From positions 4,448,001-4,512,000 of the forward strand of contig OZ242029.1 in the NCBI GenBank assembly GCA_965205015.1: DNA of 64,000 bases, written 5' to 3'. Within the stretch, counting starts at the first letter, position 1; every line of letters starts with the position of its first letter. Positions 1 to 9,823 of the stretch are shown here, piece after piece. The notes beneath the pieces are model-generated. The model had not been told where the DNA came from. It ran no database searches and worked only from the letters and a program-made list of their open reading frames with translations. The stretch is from Candidatus Poribacteria bacterium (lineage in GTDB: Bacteria > Poribacteria > WGA-4E > WGA-3G). Both the position numbers and the translations under genes were made by a program.

Positions 1-1110
1 TTACGAAGGATCGGAGATTTCCACATCGCCGAAGATATTACACAGGAGACCTTCCTGCGCGTCTATCAGCACTTGAAAACCCTGAACGATCCGACCCAGT
101 TTACAGGGTGGCTTTATGCGATTGTGAATCACCTTTGTATCGCATGGCACCGGAAAAATCAGCTACAGACCCAACCGCTGGAAGAAACCCACATTTCGGA
201 AATAGAAAGAGAAGCGTATTCCCGATATATTACGACGGAACATGCGAAGACGATTACCGAAGCACAGCGCACTCTCGTCGAAAAACTTCTTACAAAGTTA
301 AAGGAAAACGATCGCGAGGTTATTACACTCCACTACTTTGAAGAGATGACCTCTTCAGAGATAGGAATGTATTTAGGTGTATCCGAAAATACCATTAAGA
401 GTCGGCTACACCGGGCGAGACAGCGGTTAAAGAAGTACGAATCTATGATTCAAGAGATGTTAGACATTACGATTGAAGGGGAACACCGTTCCCGAAACCA
501 GTTGAAAGGGGAAATGAGTGTGACAAAAGAAGCTAAAGATGAAGCCAAAATCGAAGCAAGGCTGAAGAAACTACAGCGTCAGATTGCTGATCTGCAAGAA
601 GAAATTAAGGTTATCGCAGCTGAATCAGACACTTTTCACCCTGATAACATGGAATTCCTTGATCCGGAAAAAAGTGTAGCTCTTAGGACGTTATGTCGCC
701 TCTCCGATAGTGATGAAAGGGCAATTTCGTGGGGTTATGTCGGCGGCTATCGGACCTCTCCCGGCAAAACAACTGCCCGCGTTGCATTCTGGGGGGATAA
801 CCTCAATAGTTTCCTGACGAAAGCACCAGACACTGAAATCGTGAATCTTGCAAGTCTCTTCACAAATCCCACGATAGTTGCCGTTTTAAGACAATTAGTA
901 GCAGGGAAGCAATCCATTGCGGATCTGGCAAACAGGTGTGACCTCTCTGAAAGTGAAGTAGGGAAAGCCGTGGAGACGTTAATGGAAGCAACCTTAGTGG
1001 TACGCACGGAAAACGATCTCATTGAACCGAAAAACGATGTCGTTTCCTTCTTCCTGAACTTTGTGAGTATGACAATCGTACATCTCGGGCACATCAGACC
1101 TGAGAATTAA
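1..1110 (+). CDS. ECF sigma-70 factor with C-terminal coiled-coil plus ArsR-like winged HTH extension (5' partial)
   Basis: Frame is open from base 1 (LRRIGDFHIAEDITQETFLRVY). Region 2 (AEDITQETF, FTGWLYAI) and region 4 (REVITLHYFEEMTSSEIG...TIKSRLHRARQRL) are present. Paralog of 1383..2558. Confidence 0.9.
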   Translation, partial: LRRIGDFHIAEDITQETFLRVYQHLKTLNDPTQFTGWLYAIVNHLCIAWHRKNQLQTQPLEETHISEIEREAYSRYITTEHAKTITEAQRTLVEKLLTKLKENDREVITLHYFEEMTSSEIGMYLGVSENTIKSRLHRARQRLKKYESMIQEMLDITIEGEHRSRNQLKGEMSVTKEAKDEAKIEARLKKLQRQIADLQEEIKVIAAESDTFHPDNMEFLDPEKSVALRTLCRLSDSDERAISWGYVGGYRTSPGKTTARVAFWGDNLNSFLTKAPDTEIVNLASLFTNPTIVAVLRQLVAGKQSIADLANRCDLSESEVGKAVETLMEATLVVRTENDLIEPKNDVVSFFLNFVSMTIVHLGHIRPEN

Positions 1111-1123
1111 ACTTAGTTCTCAC

Positions 1124-1173
1124 TGGCGAAGGTCTTAGAAGAACCAAAACTCGGTTTTTTCTGACCTTCGCCA
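1124..1173. repeat. Intergenic inverted repeat (REP-like hairpin or terminator)
   Basis: TGGCGAAGGTC (1124-1134) ... GACCTTCGCCA (1163-1173), immediately after the stop of ECF gene 1. Confidence 0.6.
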
Positions 1174-1234
1174 CTGCAACGCCATATCTTAGGCAAACCT
1201 TCTAACAAATATTTCCTTCCAAACCTATTTTTCC

Positions 1235-1268
1235 AAAATTATGCACCCTTTTCTCTCAATTCGCGTCA
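1235..1268 (+). promoter_or_regulatory. Putative ECF-type promoter TGCACC-N16-CGTC
   Basis: Resembles SigM/SigW-type -35/-10 elements; lies upstream of an ECF gene; related copies at 35670-35704, 35809-35836 and 44293-44322. Confidence 0.55.
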
Positions 1269-1382
1269 TTATATAGTGAAGCGAATCAATAGGAGGTTTC
1301 TTTGTGCTCCATGCGTGCATCTATCAGCGAAACGGGCAATTGCACAGGACCCGTGGTAAAATAGTCTTTCTGGAGATGTCCA

Positions 1383-2558
1383 ATGAGAAATGATGACGTT
1401 GCCTTGATCCAGCGTATCCTTGCAGGTGATGAATCTGCTTTTGAAAATTTGATTAGAAAGTACCAGAAACAGGTTCACGCGTTCGCATTTCGGAAAGTAG
1501 ATGATTTTCAGACCGCCGAGGATATTACACAGGAGACTTTCCTGCGCGTCTATCAGAAACTTGCAACGCTAAACGACCCAGCAAAATTTTCAGGGTGGCT
1601 CTATGCGATTGTGAACCATCTGTGTATCGCATGGCACCGAAAAAACCGGTTACAAACTGAGTCGCTGCAAGATATCCATATCTCGGAAATAGAGACAGAT
1701 GCGTATTCTCGATACGTCGCCGTAGAACACGCAAAAACGACTGCTGAGGCACAACGTGCCTTGGTCAAAAAGCTGCTTACCAAGTTGAAAGAAAGCGATC
1801 GCGAGGTTATCACACTCCACTACTTTGAAGAGATGACATCTTCGGAGATAGGGATGTATTTAGGTGTGTCTGAAAATACGATTAAGAGTCGACTTCACCG
1901 CGCTCGACAGCGGTTAAAAAATTACGAGTCTGTGATTCAAGAAATGTTAGACATTACAACTGATGGGGAACATCGTTCCCAAGACCCGTTGAAAGGAGAA
2001 ATTAACATGGCAGATGCAAACAAACTCACGGCAGATCTTGAAGACATACAGCGTCAGATTGCCGATTTGCAGGAGCAAATTCAGGTTATCGCAGGTGAAT
2101 CGGATGCCTTTCTTAGCGCCGAAAAAAAAGAAGCAGTGTCAACATTATGCCGACTCCCCCATAATGCTGAAAGACCCATCACCTGGAGCTACGGGGGCAG
2201 CTATCGCACCCGCGCCGGAAAGATGTGGAAACGTATCTCACTCTGGACAGATAGCATTGACGATTTCATATCTCGAGCACCGGATGACGCGATTGCGAAC
2301 CTCGCTAATATCTTCACAAATCCGACTGTCGTCGCTGTTTTAAGACAGTTGGTGGAGGGTAAGAAATCGGTTGAAGACTTGGTACACGGATGCGACACCT
2401 CGGAAGGTGAAATAGAGAAAGCTGTGGAAACCTTAATAGACGCGCAGTTAGCCGATCGCACGGAAGACAATCTCATTGAACCCAAAAACGATGCCGTGTT
2501 CTATTTTCTGAATTTCGTAGGTATGACAAGAGTCCATCTGGATCCAAAAGACCACTAA
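1383..2558 (+). CDS. ECF sigma-70 factor with C-terminal coiled-coil plus ArsR-like winged HTH extension
   Basis: DDVALIQRILAGDESAFENLIRKYQ; AEDITQETF; region 4 HTH; C-terminal LANIFTNPTVVAVLRQLVEGKKSVEDL...EIEKAVETL. Confidence 0.9.
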   Translation: MRNDDVALIQRILAGDESAFENLIRKYQKQVHAFAFRKVDDFQTAEDITQETFLRVYQKLATLNDPAKFSGWLYAIVNHLCIAWHRKNRLQTESLQDIHISEIETDAYSRYVAVEHAKTTAEAQRALVKKLLTKLKESDREVITLHYFEEMTSSEIGMYLGVSENTIKSRLHRARQRLKNYESVIQEMLDITTDGEHRSQDPLKGEINMADANKLTADLEDIQRQIADLQEQIQVIAGESDAFLSAEKKEAVSTLCRLPHNAERPITWSYGGSYRTRAGKMWKRISLWTDSIDDFISRAPDDAIANLANIFTNPTVVAVLRQLVEGKKSVEDLVHGCDTSEGEIEKAVETLIDAQLADRTEDNLIEPKNDAVFYFLNFVGMTRVHLDPKDH

Positions 2559-2637
2559 TCCGAGTCCAGTACTGAAAGGGAAGACTGGGACAGTCTGTCT
2601 CCAGCCTTCCCTCCTTCTATCCAAAGGGAACCATTCA

Positions 2638-4149
2638 ATGTTTTTGGTGTTACTGAGGCGTGAGATTCTCGCGCATCTGATCACATTCCGTTTTGCGGTG
2701 ACCGTAATTGCCTGTCTGCTGCTCGTTGTCATAACCACGCTTATCAGAATCGACGATTACGAGAAACGATTGGCGGGTTACAATACCGCCAGAAATGCCA
2801 ATCATGCAGAACTGTTGTCCACCCGAACGTATTCCCTTTTAATGCCAAGGGTCGATCGACCCCCGAATCCACTGAGCATCTTTAATGCGGGTATGGACAA
2901 CCGACTTGGTAATACGTTGCGGATCTATTACACGAATGTCCCTGTCCTCTGGGACGCTCAAACCCACAGTTCAGGCAATATTTTCATCGATCACTTCTAT
3001 CAAATTGACCTCATCTTCATTTTTCAGTTTGTGCTTTCATTGCAGGCACTCCTGTTCGCCTATGATGCGATTGCAGGCGAACGTGAAACCGGCACAATGC
3101 GTTTGACGATGAGCCATCCCGTAAGACGGGGAAGCGTCTTGGCAGCGAAGTACCTCGGTGCAATGACGTGTCTAATCCTGCCACTGATCATCAGTTTTAT
3201 CATCGCTCTGGTTTGGATCGTGTCAACGGGTTCGATTGTTTTCAGTAGCGATGATTTTCTACGTATCGCCGGCATCCTGCTAACTTCGATTATCTATCTT
3301 TCTGCAATCTACCTGATAGGATTGTTGATTTCCGCTTGGGTACACCGCACCGCCACAGCACTCATGATTTCTCTGTTTGTCTGGGTGGTACTGGTGTTGG
3401 TTTATCCTTCTCTTAGCGTGTCTGTGGTTGATCAACTGATAAAACCTCAAGGGAGTAGGATAGATTCCAGTTACGATGCGATGCGGCAAATACGACTGGC
3501 AGTCAATAAAGAAGAGATGGAATATCTTAACAACGATCGAATCGAAGGCGAAAGTGATCGCTTTAACTTGGATGGGGCTCTTGCACGTGGATTACATGTC
3601 GGTATTGGCAACAAACCGACACTGATGCGTATAGATTTCAAAGGGTATGATTGGCAACACATCAGCTCGGAATCTGAAAAATTCATTCCTCATGCCATTC
3701 GCTATCATCAATTCTTAACACCCTTACGCATTGATGCAGCAGAGAAAATAGGATTGATACGCCTGCCTACACTGAAGCAACTCCGATTTCGGAGAGCCAG
3801 AATTGCTCGGAACCTGCTTCGGCTCTCACCGGCGGCGATGTATAACCTCGCAACACAAGCATGGGCAGGTACCGACCTCTATGGGGTCGAGGATTTTTTT
3901 CAGACAGCACGCCACTATCGCCGGACGCTGGTCAATTACTTTTACGACAAAGACGCCTTTTCAAGCAGGCAATGGTTTGCCAGTGATAAGGGCGCAATTG
4001 ATTTAGATGATCTCCCAAGATTTGTCTACCAGCGTGCGGATCTCTGGACAAATGCTTCACGAGCACTCCCTGACTTGCAGCTGCTTCTACTGCTCAACGT
4101 TGCGTTGTTCCTGGCGACATTCACGATTTTCGTCAGACAGGAAATTTAA
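2638..4149 (+). CDS. ABC-2 type transporter permease subunit
   Basis: YDAIAGERETGTMRLTMSHPVRRGSVLAAKYLG signature; multiple TM segments; large extracytoplasmic loop. Confidence 0.85.
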   Translation: MFLVLLRREILAHLITFRFAVTVIACLLLVVITTLIRIDDYEKRLAGYNTARNANHAELLSTRTYSLLMPRVDRPPNPLSIFNAGMDNRLGNTLRIYYTNVPVLWDAQTHSSGNIFIDHFYQIDLIFIFQFVLSLQALLFAYDAIAGERETGTMRLTMSHPVRRGSVLAAKYLGAMTCLILPLIISFIIALVWIVSTGSIVFSSDDFLRIAGILLTSIIYLSAIYLIGLLISAWVHRTATALMISLFVWVVLVLVYPSLSVSVVDQLIKPQGSRIDSSYDAMRQIRLAVNKEEMEYLNNDRIEGESDRFNLDGALARGLHVGIGNKPTLMRIDFKGYDWQHISSESEKFIPHAIRYHQFLTPLRIDAAEKIGLIRLPTLKQLRFRRARIARNLLRLSPAAMYNLATQAWAGTDLYGVEDFFQTARHYRRTLVNYFYDKDAFSSRQWFASDKGAIDLDDLPRFVYQRADLWTNASRALPDLQLLLLLNVALFLATFTIFVRQEI

Positions 4150-4265
4150 AGATAGATGTGTTTGTCATGTAGAAACCATTTATTGGCCACCTCACTTAGG
4201 ACTTTCAAAATGATCGCGAGCAGGAGATCGCTCCTAGAAAAACAAGAGGCAACTGGAGATAGCAG

Positions 4266-5738
4266 ATGATTTTCCACATCGTCAAACGCGAACTTTATGA
4301 TCACCTGAGCAGCCTCCGTTTCGCGCTGACAACGCTATTGATCCTCGTACTGATGATCGTTAATGCTGTCACATATCTCGGAGAATACAAACAGCGAATG
4401 GGCAAATATCAAGGACAAGTTGCTTGGTCACGGAACGAGTTGAAATCTCGAGGATCGAGTCTGTATCGTCTGGTTCTAAAGGGTCCGGGACACCTCTACA
4501 AAAAACCGAGTCCTTTGGCTTTCTGTGCGGACGGCGGAGAAAAAGTCTTACTTGGCGAAGTCCGTGGCAATACTGCGGGTCGGACACGTCGATGGCGGAG
4601 TGGCGACGCTACGTATAAGTTCACAGAAATCTGGGGGTTAATATATCCGCCCAATACCGACCTTCTGTTTATTTCGGAGCAGATACCCACGGAAAGAAGC
4701 ATCATGCCGGCTTATATCAAAATCGATTGGGGATTCGTGACTGCAGTGCTATTGAGTTTCATGGGCATCCTGTTTACATTCGATTCGATCTCGGGTGAGC
4801 AGGAACGTGGCACGCTACGGTTGATGCTGGCAAACAGTATTTCACGGAACACCCTGCTTTGCGGCAAGTTTCTCGGCGCGTTTTTCACCATCACTATTCC
4901 CTTCCTGATTGGAACGATCGTCAGTCTCTCCATCATATACCTTTCCGAAGCTGTTCAGTTCAACAACAGTCATTGGATGAGGGTGGGCGCCATTGTTTGT
5001 GTCGCGCTGATCTATACCTCAATATTTATTTTCTTGGGCCTCTTCGTTTCCAGTCGTGTTAAAGAGTCTTCAACGAGCCTCGCGATTCTCTTGTTGATTT
5101 GGACGGTTTGGGTGGTGCTGCTGCCAAACGCACTGGGGTCTCTCGGTAACCGGTTGCAGCCCCGACCCACTCCCAAAGAATTCATGGCGCAGGTTCAAGA
5201 TTCGCGCCAAGATTTGCAGACCCGTTATTTTGCGAGGATGAAAGAACCGCCCCGACGAGAAACTCCAACGACAATCGCAACAGCGTTAGGTGCGGAATAT
5301 GTTAATAAAGACGCAGAATTGCGCGATCGCTTGCGTGCAGACTACCTTTCCGCCGAACTCCGCCAAATCCAAACTGCTCGGTCCCTGACCCGCATTTCAC
5401 CAGCAGCGGTTGTGCAGTACGCTTTTGAAGGGTTTGCAGGCACAGGTTTTGCTCGCCATTTAGACTTCATTTCTCAAACACGCCAATACGCAAAACAGTT
5501 TCGACAGTTCCTCATCGATACGGATCGGTCAGATCCAGAAAGCCCGCACGCCGTTGGTATCCTGGAAGGCACATCACAGAAACCTGTGAACTTCGATGCC
5601 ATCCCTAAATTTGAGGATCAACACCGCTTTGGGACGGATCTTAATGCCTCAATTGTCGATCTGCTGCTATTGATCCTGTTCTTACTGGTGCTGTTCATTG
5701 GCACCTTCCTCTCTTTTCTCCGCATGGAGATTGGGTGA
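4266..5738 (+). CDS. ABC-2 type transporter permease subunit
   Basis: FDSISGEQERGTLRLMLANSISRNTLLCGKFLG signature; paralog of the upstream gene; GGAG RBS. Confidence 0.85.
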   Translation: MIFHIVKRELYDHLSSLRFALTTLLILVLMIVNAVTYLGEYKQRMGKYQGQVAWSRNELKSRGSSLYRLVLKGPGHLYKKPSPLAFCADGGEKVLLGEVRGNTAGRTRRWRSGDATYKFTEIWGLIYPPNTDLLFISEQIPTERSIMPAYIKIDWGFVTAVLLSFMGILFTFDSISGEQERGTLRLMLANSISRNTLLCGKFLGAFFTITIPFLIGTIVSLSIIYLSEAVQFNNSHWMRVGAIVCVALIYTSIFIFLGLFVSSRVKESSTSLAILLLIWTVWVVLLPNALGSLGNRLQPRPTPKEFMAQVQDSRQDLQTRYFARMKEPPRRETPTTIATALGAEYVNKDAELRDRLRADYLSAELRQIQTARSLTRISPAAVVQYAFEGFAGTGFARHLDFISQTRQYAKQFRQFLIDTDRSDPESPHAVGILEGTSQKPVNFDAIPKFEDQHRFGTDLNASIVDLLLLILFLLVLFIGTFLSFLRMEIG

Positions 5739-5804
5739 TTTTCAAACGCTATCATACCACTGAAGGTTAAGAGATCGACCTACTACAAACATTCATTCCT
5801 TGAT

Positions 5805-5833
5805 TTGACTTTTCTTGCTAAATGTGCTACTAT
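5805..5833 (+). promoter_or_regulatory. Sigma70-type promoter of the toxin-antitoxin operon
   Basis: TTGACT-N17-TACTAT with extended TG. Confidence 0.5.
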
Positions 5834-5926
5834 CTTAAAATTGACCGTGGCGACGCGCGGTTCAACAGGTTTTCCGTGTGTCCTGTAATATCGGTATAAT
5901 GTGTTTCAACACACAAAAGGTTAGGA

Positions 5927-6265
5927 ATGCGGAACACAGCACCCAGAAAACTACAAGTCTACCGGGACCAAAACAAACGACAGCCTTTCACGGAATGGTT
6001 TTACGCAATTCAAGATATAAAGACGCGAACGAGAATTCGCAAACGATTGGACCGGCTTGAAGATGGGAATTTTGGCAATTGCAAATCTGTTGGGGACGGT
6101 GTCTTTGAGCTACTTCTCCACTTTGGTCCAGGCTATCGCATCTATTTTGCCCAAAGCGATAACACGCTCGTTCTTTTACTCTGTGGTGGTGACAAATCAT
6201 CGCAGAAACAAGACATTGCGCGTGCAAAGAGCTATTGGTTACAATATAAGGAGACACAACGATGA
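5927..6265 (+). CDS. Type II toxin, RelE/ParE (HigB-like addiction module killer protein)
   Basis: PFTEWF...RIRKRLDRLEDGNFGNCKSVGDGVFELLLHFGPGYRIYFAQ...LLLCGGDKSSQKQDIARAK. Confidence 0.9.
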   Translation: MRNTAPRKLQVYRDQNKRQPFTEWFYAIQDIKTRTRIRKRLDRLEDGNFGNCKSVGDGVFELLLHFGPGYRIYFAQSDNTLVLLLCGGDKSSQKQDIARAKSYWLQYKETQR

Positions 6266-6660
6266 CAGAACTCAGAACATGGCACGAGGTCTTAATAGCA
6301 GATCTCGCTGCTAATCGAGCTGAAGCAATCGACTATTTTGATTTGTCACTGCAGGAATACCAACTTGACGGTGATACCTCCTTCTTTCTCAAAGGGCTCC
6401 GCAACATTATAGAGGCACTCGGTGGTGTCCCCGAAATTGCAAAACAAACGGGTACGGAACCGGAAAGCCTCCTTGAAGTCCTATCCAGCGACGATCCGCC
6501 ACGACTTGATACACTCAACATTCTTGCTAACGCATTGGGATGTCGGCTGTCAATCGAACCGCTGGAGACTGTAGAGCCAAGCCATCAAGTTGAGGATAAG
6601 GAGTATCCGGTTACGGCCCGAGAGTCCGAACGTCTCGGTCTCGGAATTGCTACCGACTGA
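6262..6660 (+). CDS. Addiction module antidote protein (HTH antitoxin)
   Basis: ATGA overlap with the toxin; LRNIIEALGGVPEIAKQTG...PRLDTLNILANALG. Confidence 0.85.
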   Translation: MTELRTWHEVLIADLAANRAEAIDYFDLSLQEYQLDGDTSFFLKGLRNIIEALGGVPEIAKQTGTEPESLLEVLSSDDPPRLDTLNILANALGCRLSIEPLETVEPSHQVEDKEYPVTARESERLGLGIATD

Positions 6661-6689
6661 GGACAAACAGAGAAAGGAAATAACCCATT

Positions 6690-6914
6690 ATGGACGGCTT
6701 CAGTATAGGTTTAGCCATAGGTATCGGTGTGGGCTTTAGCGGAGGTTTCGGTGGAGGAATGGCTGCAGGAATCGCAAGCGCGCGTGAGACACTTCAGAAG
6801 CAGCTGCGCAAAGCAAAAAATGATAACGAGGTTTCCATTTGCGATAAGAATGGCGATCCATTGACGGTCGACGCACTTTTCGTGATGCTCGACAAAAACT
6901 ACAAAAAGGTTTAA
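6690..6914 (+). CDS. Small membrane protein with glycine-zipper TM helix
   Basis: AAGGA RBS; GLAIGIGVGFSGGFGGGMAAG; 74 aa. Confidence 0.6.
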   Translation: MDGFSIGLAIGIGVGFSGGFGGGMAAGIASARETLQKQLRKAKNDNEVSICDKNGDPLTVDALFVMLDKNYKKV

Positions 6915-6950
6915 TCCTGTAAAGATAAGCTCTCAACGTTCAAAGTAACT

Positions 6951-7739
6951 ATGCCAATACCGAATTTCCCCGATAAATATAAATCGCGTCCCATCGTCAC
7001 GCCACAACAGCACGTCGCGTACTTCCGTCAACAAGGCTTTATCCCCGATTTCCCGATTCCTGAGAGTGTCATTTTCTGCTATGAAGGGAATCTTCTGGAT
7101 CGTATTACCCGCACTGAAAGTGTGGAACAGGTTCATGGCGTAGGTGGAGGCTTCTATCTGCTGACTGAAACCGACAATCGCGTGGCAGTTAGCGGAAATA
7201 ACGGCATCGGTGCGCCCGGTGTCTCAATGATTCTTGAACTTCTGATAGAATTGGGGGTTAAACGATTTATCAACGTAGGCATCGCTGGTGGATTACAAAA
7301 AAGTTCTCACATTGGTGATGTCGTTGTTTGCACCAGTGCCATTCGCGATGAAGGTGTTTCATACCACTACTTAGAAGACCCTTCGGCACCCGCATTGCCA
7401 TCTGAAAATTTGACGGAGACACTTAGACAGACGCTTGAACGTGAAGGGATCCCTTATACGCAGGGACCAACATGGACGACCGATGCCTTTTTTCGTGAAA
7501 CGATTGGAGAAATTCAACACTATCAACAGGAAGGGGTTGTCACGGTTGAGATGGAGGCTGCCGCTTTATTCGCTATCAGTACGCTGCGGAGCGTGGATAT
7601 GGCATCAGGGTTTGTCATCAGTGACCTGGTAGCAGATTTGGTATGGGATCCACAGATCCTCACCCAAGAAACATACGAGCGTTTATTTCGTTTGTATCAG
7701 GCGGCGCGTGCAACCTTAAACGAAACGAATAAAAACTAA
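6951..7739 (+). CDS. Nucleoside phosphorylase (PNP/UDP family)
   Basis: GIGAPG, INVGIAGGL, AIRDEGVSYHY, WTTDAFFRET, VEMEAAAL. Confidence 0.9.
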   Translation: MPIPNFPDKYKSRPIVTPQQHVAYFRQQGFIPDFPIPESVIFCYEGNLLDRITRTESVEQVHGVGGGFYLLTETDNRVAVSGNNGIGAPGVSMILELLIELGVKRFINVGIAGGLQKSSHIGDVVVCTSAIRDEGVSYHYLEDPSAPALPSENLTETLRQTLEREGIPYTQGPTWTTDAFFRETIGEIQHYQQEGVVTVEMEAAALFAISTLRSVDMASGFVISDLVADLVWDPQILTQETYERLFRLYQAARATLNETNKN

Positions 7740-7752
7740 TAAGGAAAAATAA

Positions 7753-8574
7753 ATGGCAATTTTAACACAAGCACACCGTGAACACTTCGACGCATACGGC
7801 TACATGGTCATTGAAAATGCCGTTCCAACTGAACTTTGCGATGAAGTCGTCGATGCAATCTTTGCGTTCTTAGAAATGGACCCTTCAGACCCAAATGGCT
7901 GGTACCGCGCCCCTCACAAACCCGGCGCGGGCATGGTGGAGATGTACCAACACCAAGCCATGTGGAACGTCTATCAACATCCACCGATCCATCAAATCTA
8001 TACCGAGGTCTACGGCACCCACCGGATTTGGGTACACCCCGACCGCGTCAACATGAAACCCCCGAAACATCCCGACTATCCTGACTGGGATCATAAGGGG
8101 ATGTACCACTGGGATGCGGACACCTCGAAACTACCAATCGGTTTCGGCACTCAAGGTGTCCTGTTCCTGACCGACACAACCGATAATCAGGGGTCTTTTG
8201 TGTGCTGGCCCGGCGCACATAAGTCGCTGATTGACAAGGAAAACCCATGGGTACCAGAAATTTCGCCGGAACATTTCATTCAAGTGCCTGCGAAGGCGGG
8301 TGCCTTGCTTATATGGCATAAAGCACTTCCGCACGGCAATGGTCGCAACACCTCCGACAAACCACGGCTGGCGCAATACATGAACTTCTATCCTGTCCCT
8401 GACCCAATAGATGAGGAGCGACGGCAAGAACGCATTACACTATGGCGGGAGCGGAGAGCATTGGGACGAGGTCCCTATCCAGGCGACCCACGCGGTTGGG
8501 AAGCGAAGAACTATGGACCGGCAGAACTGACATCCTTGGGACGAAAACTGCTGGGACTTGATGTATGGGACTAA
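7753..8574 (+). CDS. PhyH-family Fe(II)/2-oxoglutarate dioxygenase
   Basis: FDAYGYMVIENAV; HWD...H facial triad; WPGAH; PHGNGRNTSDKPR. Confidence 0.9.
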   Translation: MAILTQAHREHFDAYGYMVIENAVPTELCDEVVDAIFAFLEMDPSDPNGWYRAPHKPGAGMVEMYQHQAMWNVYQHPPIHQIYTEVYGTHRIWVHPDRVNMKPPKHPDYPDWDHKGMYHWDADTSKLPIGFGTQGVLFLTDTTDNQGSFVCWPGAHKSLIDKENPWVPEISPEHFIQVPAKAGALLIWHKALPHGNGRNTSDKPRLAQYMNFYPVPDPIDEERRQERITLWRERRALGRGPYPGDPRGWEAKNYGPAELTSLGRKLLGLDVWD

Positions 8575-9374
8575 TACTTCTTTATCATTGCCCAACTCGT
8601 GGCTAATTTCCCTTGCGGGTCCACACCGAGTGCTGCTTGTAATCCGTTGTCCATGATTGCCTTAATCTGTTTTTCAGTCAAATCCACGTTGAAAATAGCG
8701 ACCTCATCGAAAAGACCGAACATAAACTGGTGGTGTGCCAGAAAATCACCCATGTTAACCTCCTGGTCCTTAGCATTCGTGTCCATTGCCTGATCGCCGC
8801 CTTCCTTGCCCTGAAGTTCACCATCAACATAGAGGTCATGATCTTGCACGGAGTCCGAACCTTTGGGAAAGACGACCGCCATGTGATGCCACTCTTTATC
8901 ACACACGTCGTCTGCTCCGTAATTTTGCCCTCCAGCAACCTCAACCCTCAAGTTGCACTCCGCACCCCGTAGGTGCGCACGGACGTAGTATTTTTCTCCC
9001 GTCAGGTTTGGTCCCCATTTTACCCACGAATGCTCTCTTGTATCCCCGGCTTTAAACCAGAAGACCGTCGTCCTCGGATCTGTGCCACCAATCCCTGCGT
9101 AACCCGTAACAATCAAATTGTCATCTTTGCCATCGTAGTCCAGACACTGCCCGAACACACCTTTGGTGTATTTCGCACCACCAGATATCTCCCCGTCTCG
9201 ACCGTTTCCAGAAATGTCCTTGGCGACGGTCCCTTTTCCCTCGTCAAAGAGGTATGCAACCTCAACAGTCTCGGGATCCAGTACAGCGGTATGGCTGGGA
9301 CTCGTAATCAATACTCCGAAAGTGACAACTATTAACCAAATCAGTGCCAAACCGGCTCGACCTTCAAGTTTCAT
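8571..9374 (-). CDS. Exported LamG/concanavalin-like domain protein with C-terminal PxGKLxTxWxxIK tail
   Basis: Signal peptide; YLFDEGKGTVAKD; WHHMAVV; GLFDEVAIFN. Start set at the ATG after GGGAGG. Confidence 0.85.
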   Translation of the reverse strand: MKLEGRAGLALIWLIVVTFGVLITSPSHTAVLDPETVEVAYLFDEGKGTVAKDISGNGRDGEISGGAKYTKGVFGQCLDYDGKDDNLIVTGYAGIGGTDPRTTVFWFKAGDTREHSWVKWGPNLTGEKYYVRAHLRGAECNLRVEVAGGQNYGADDVCDKEWHHMAVVFPKGSDSVQDHDLYVDGELQGKEGGDQAMDTNAKDQEVNMGDFLAHHQFMFGLFDEVAIFNVDLTEKQIKAIMDNGLQAALGVDPQGKLATSWAMIKKY

Positions 9375-9823
9375 TTTTCCCTCCCATGTCAAAAATACGA
9401 TTCAGATTTCAGACCTACACCCCACTATTTTAGTGTAGGATATAGAGTTGCTTTCGCATATCGATCTAAGAGTTTTCTAAAGAGGGGATTTTAGCAAAAT
9501 TGCGCAAAATAGGCAAGCGAAAAAGTAGGAGCAGCGTGCGACCTGAGTTGATTCTACGCAGTAGAGTCAGGTATAATATAATATGATTTAGAACAAACTT
9601 CCAAGACCTGAAAACTTGGTGTTTGGGTGCCAGACGCCTCCAAAAACAAGCCGACAGCGTTTCTGAGGCGTGGGTTCAGCAATATCGTGCCGATAAACAG
9701 AAACGAGAAAATTGTAACCAAACATACTCACCTTTCTCTATCACTTCTTGGGACTTCAAAACGCCTAATATTCCCTGAATATCTTTGAGAAAATAACCGA
9801 GGCAAAAATTTTTGAAAAAAAAT

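Noticed and set aside
1-2000. Near-identical stretches between the two ECF genes as a diversity-generating retroelement TR/VR pair
   Set aside because: Both copies are intact paralogous CDS, differences are not confined to adenines, and no reverse transcriptase is present.
9548-9800. Orphan TTGATT...TATAAT promoter and possible sRNA or ORF
   Set aside because: The following ATG stops after two codons and I found no convincing structure or terminator.
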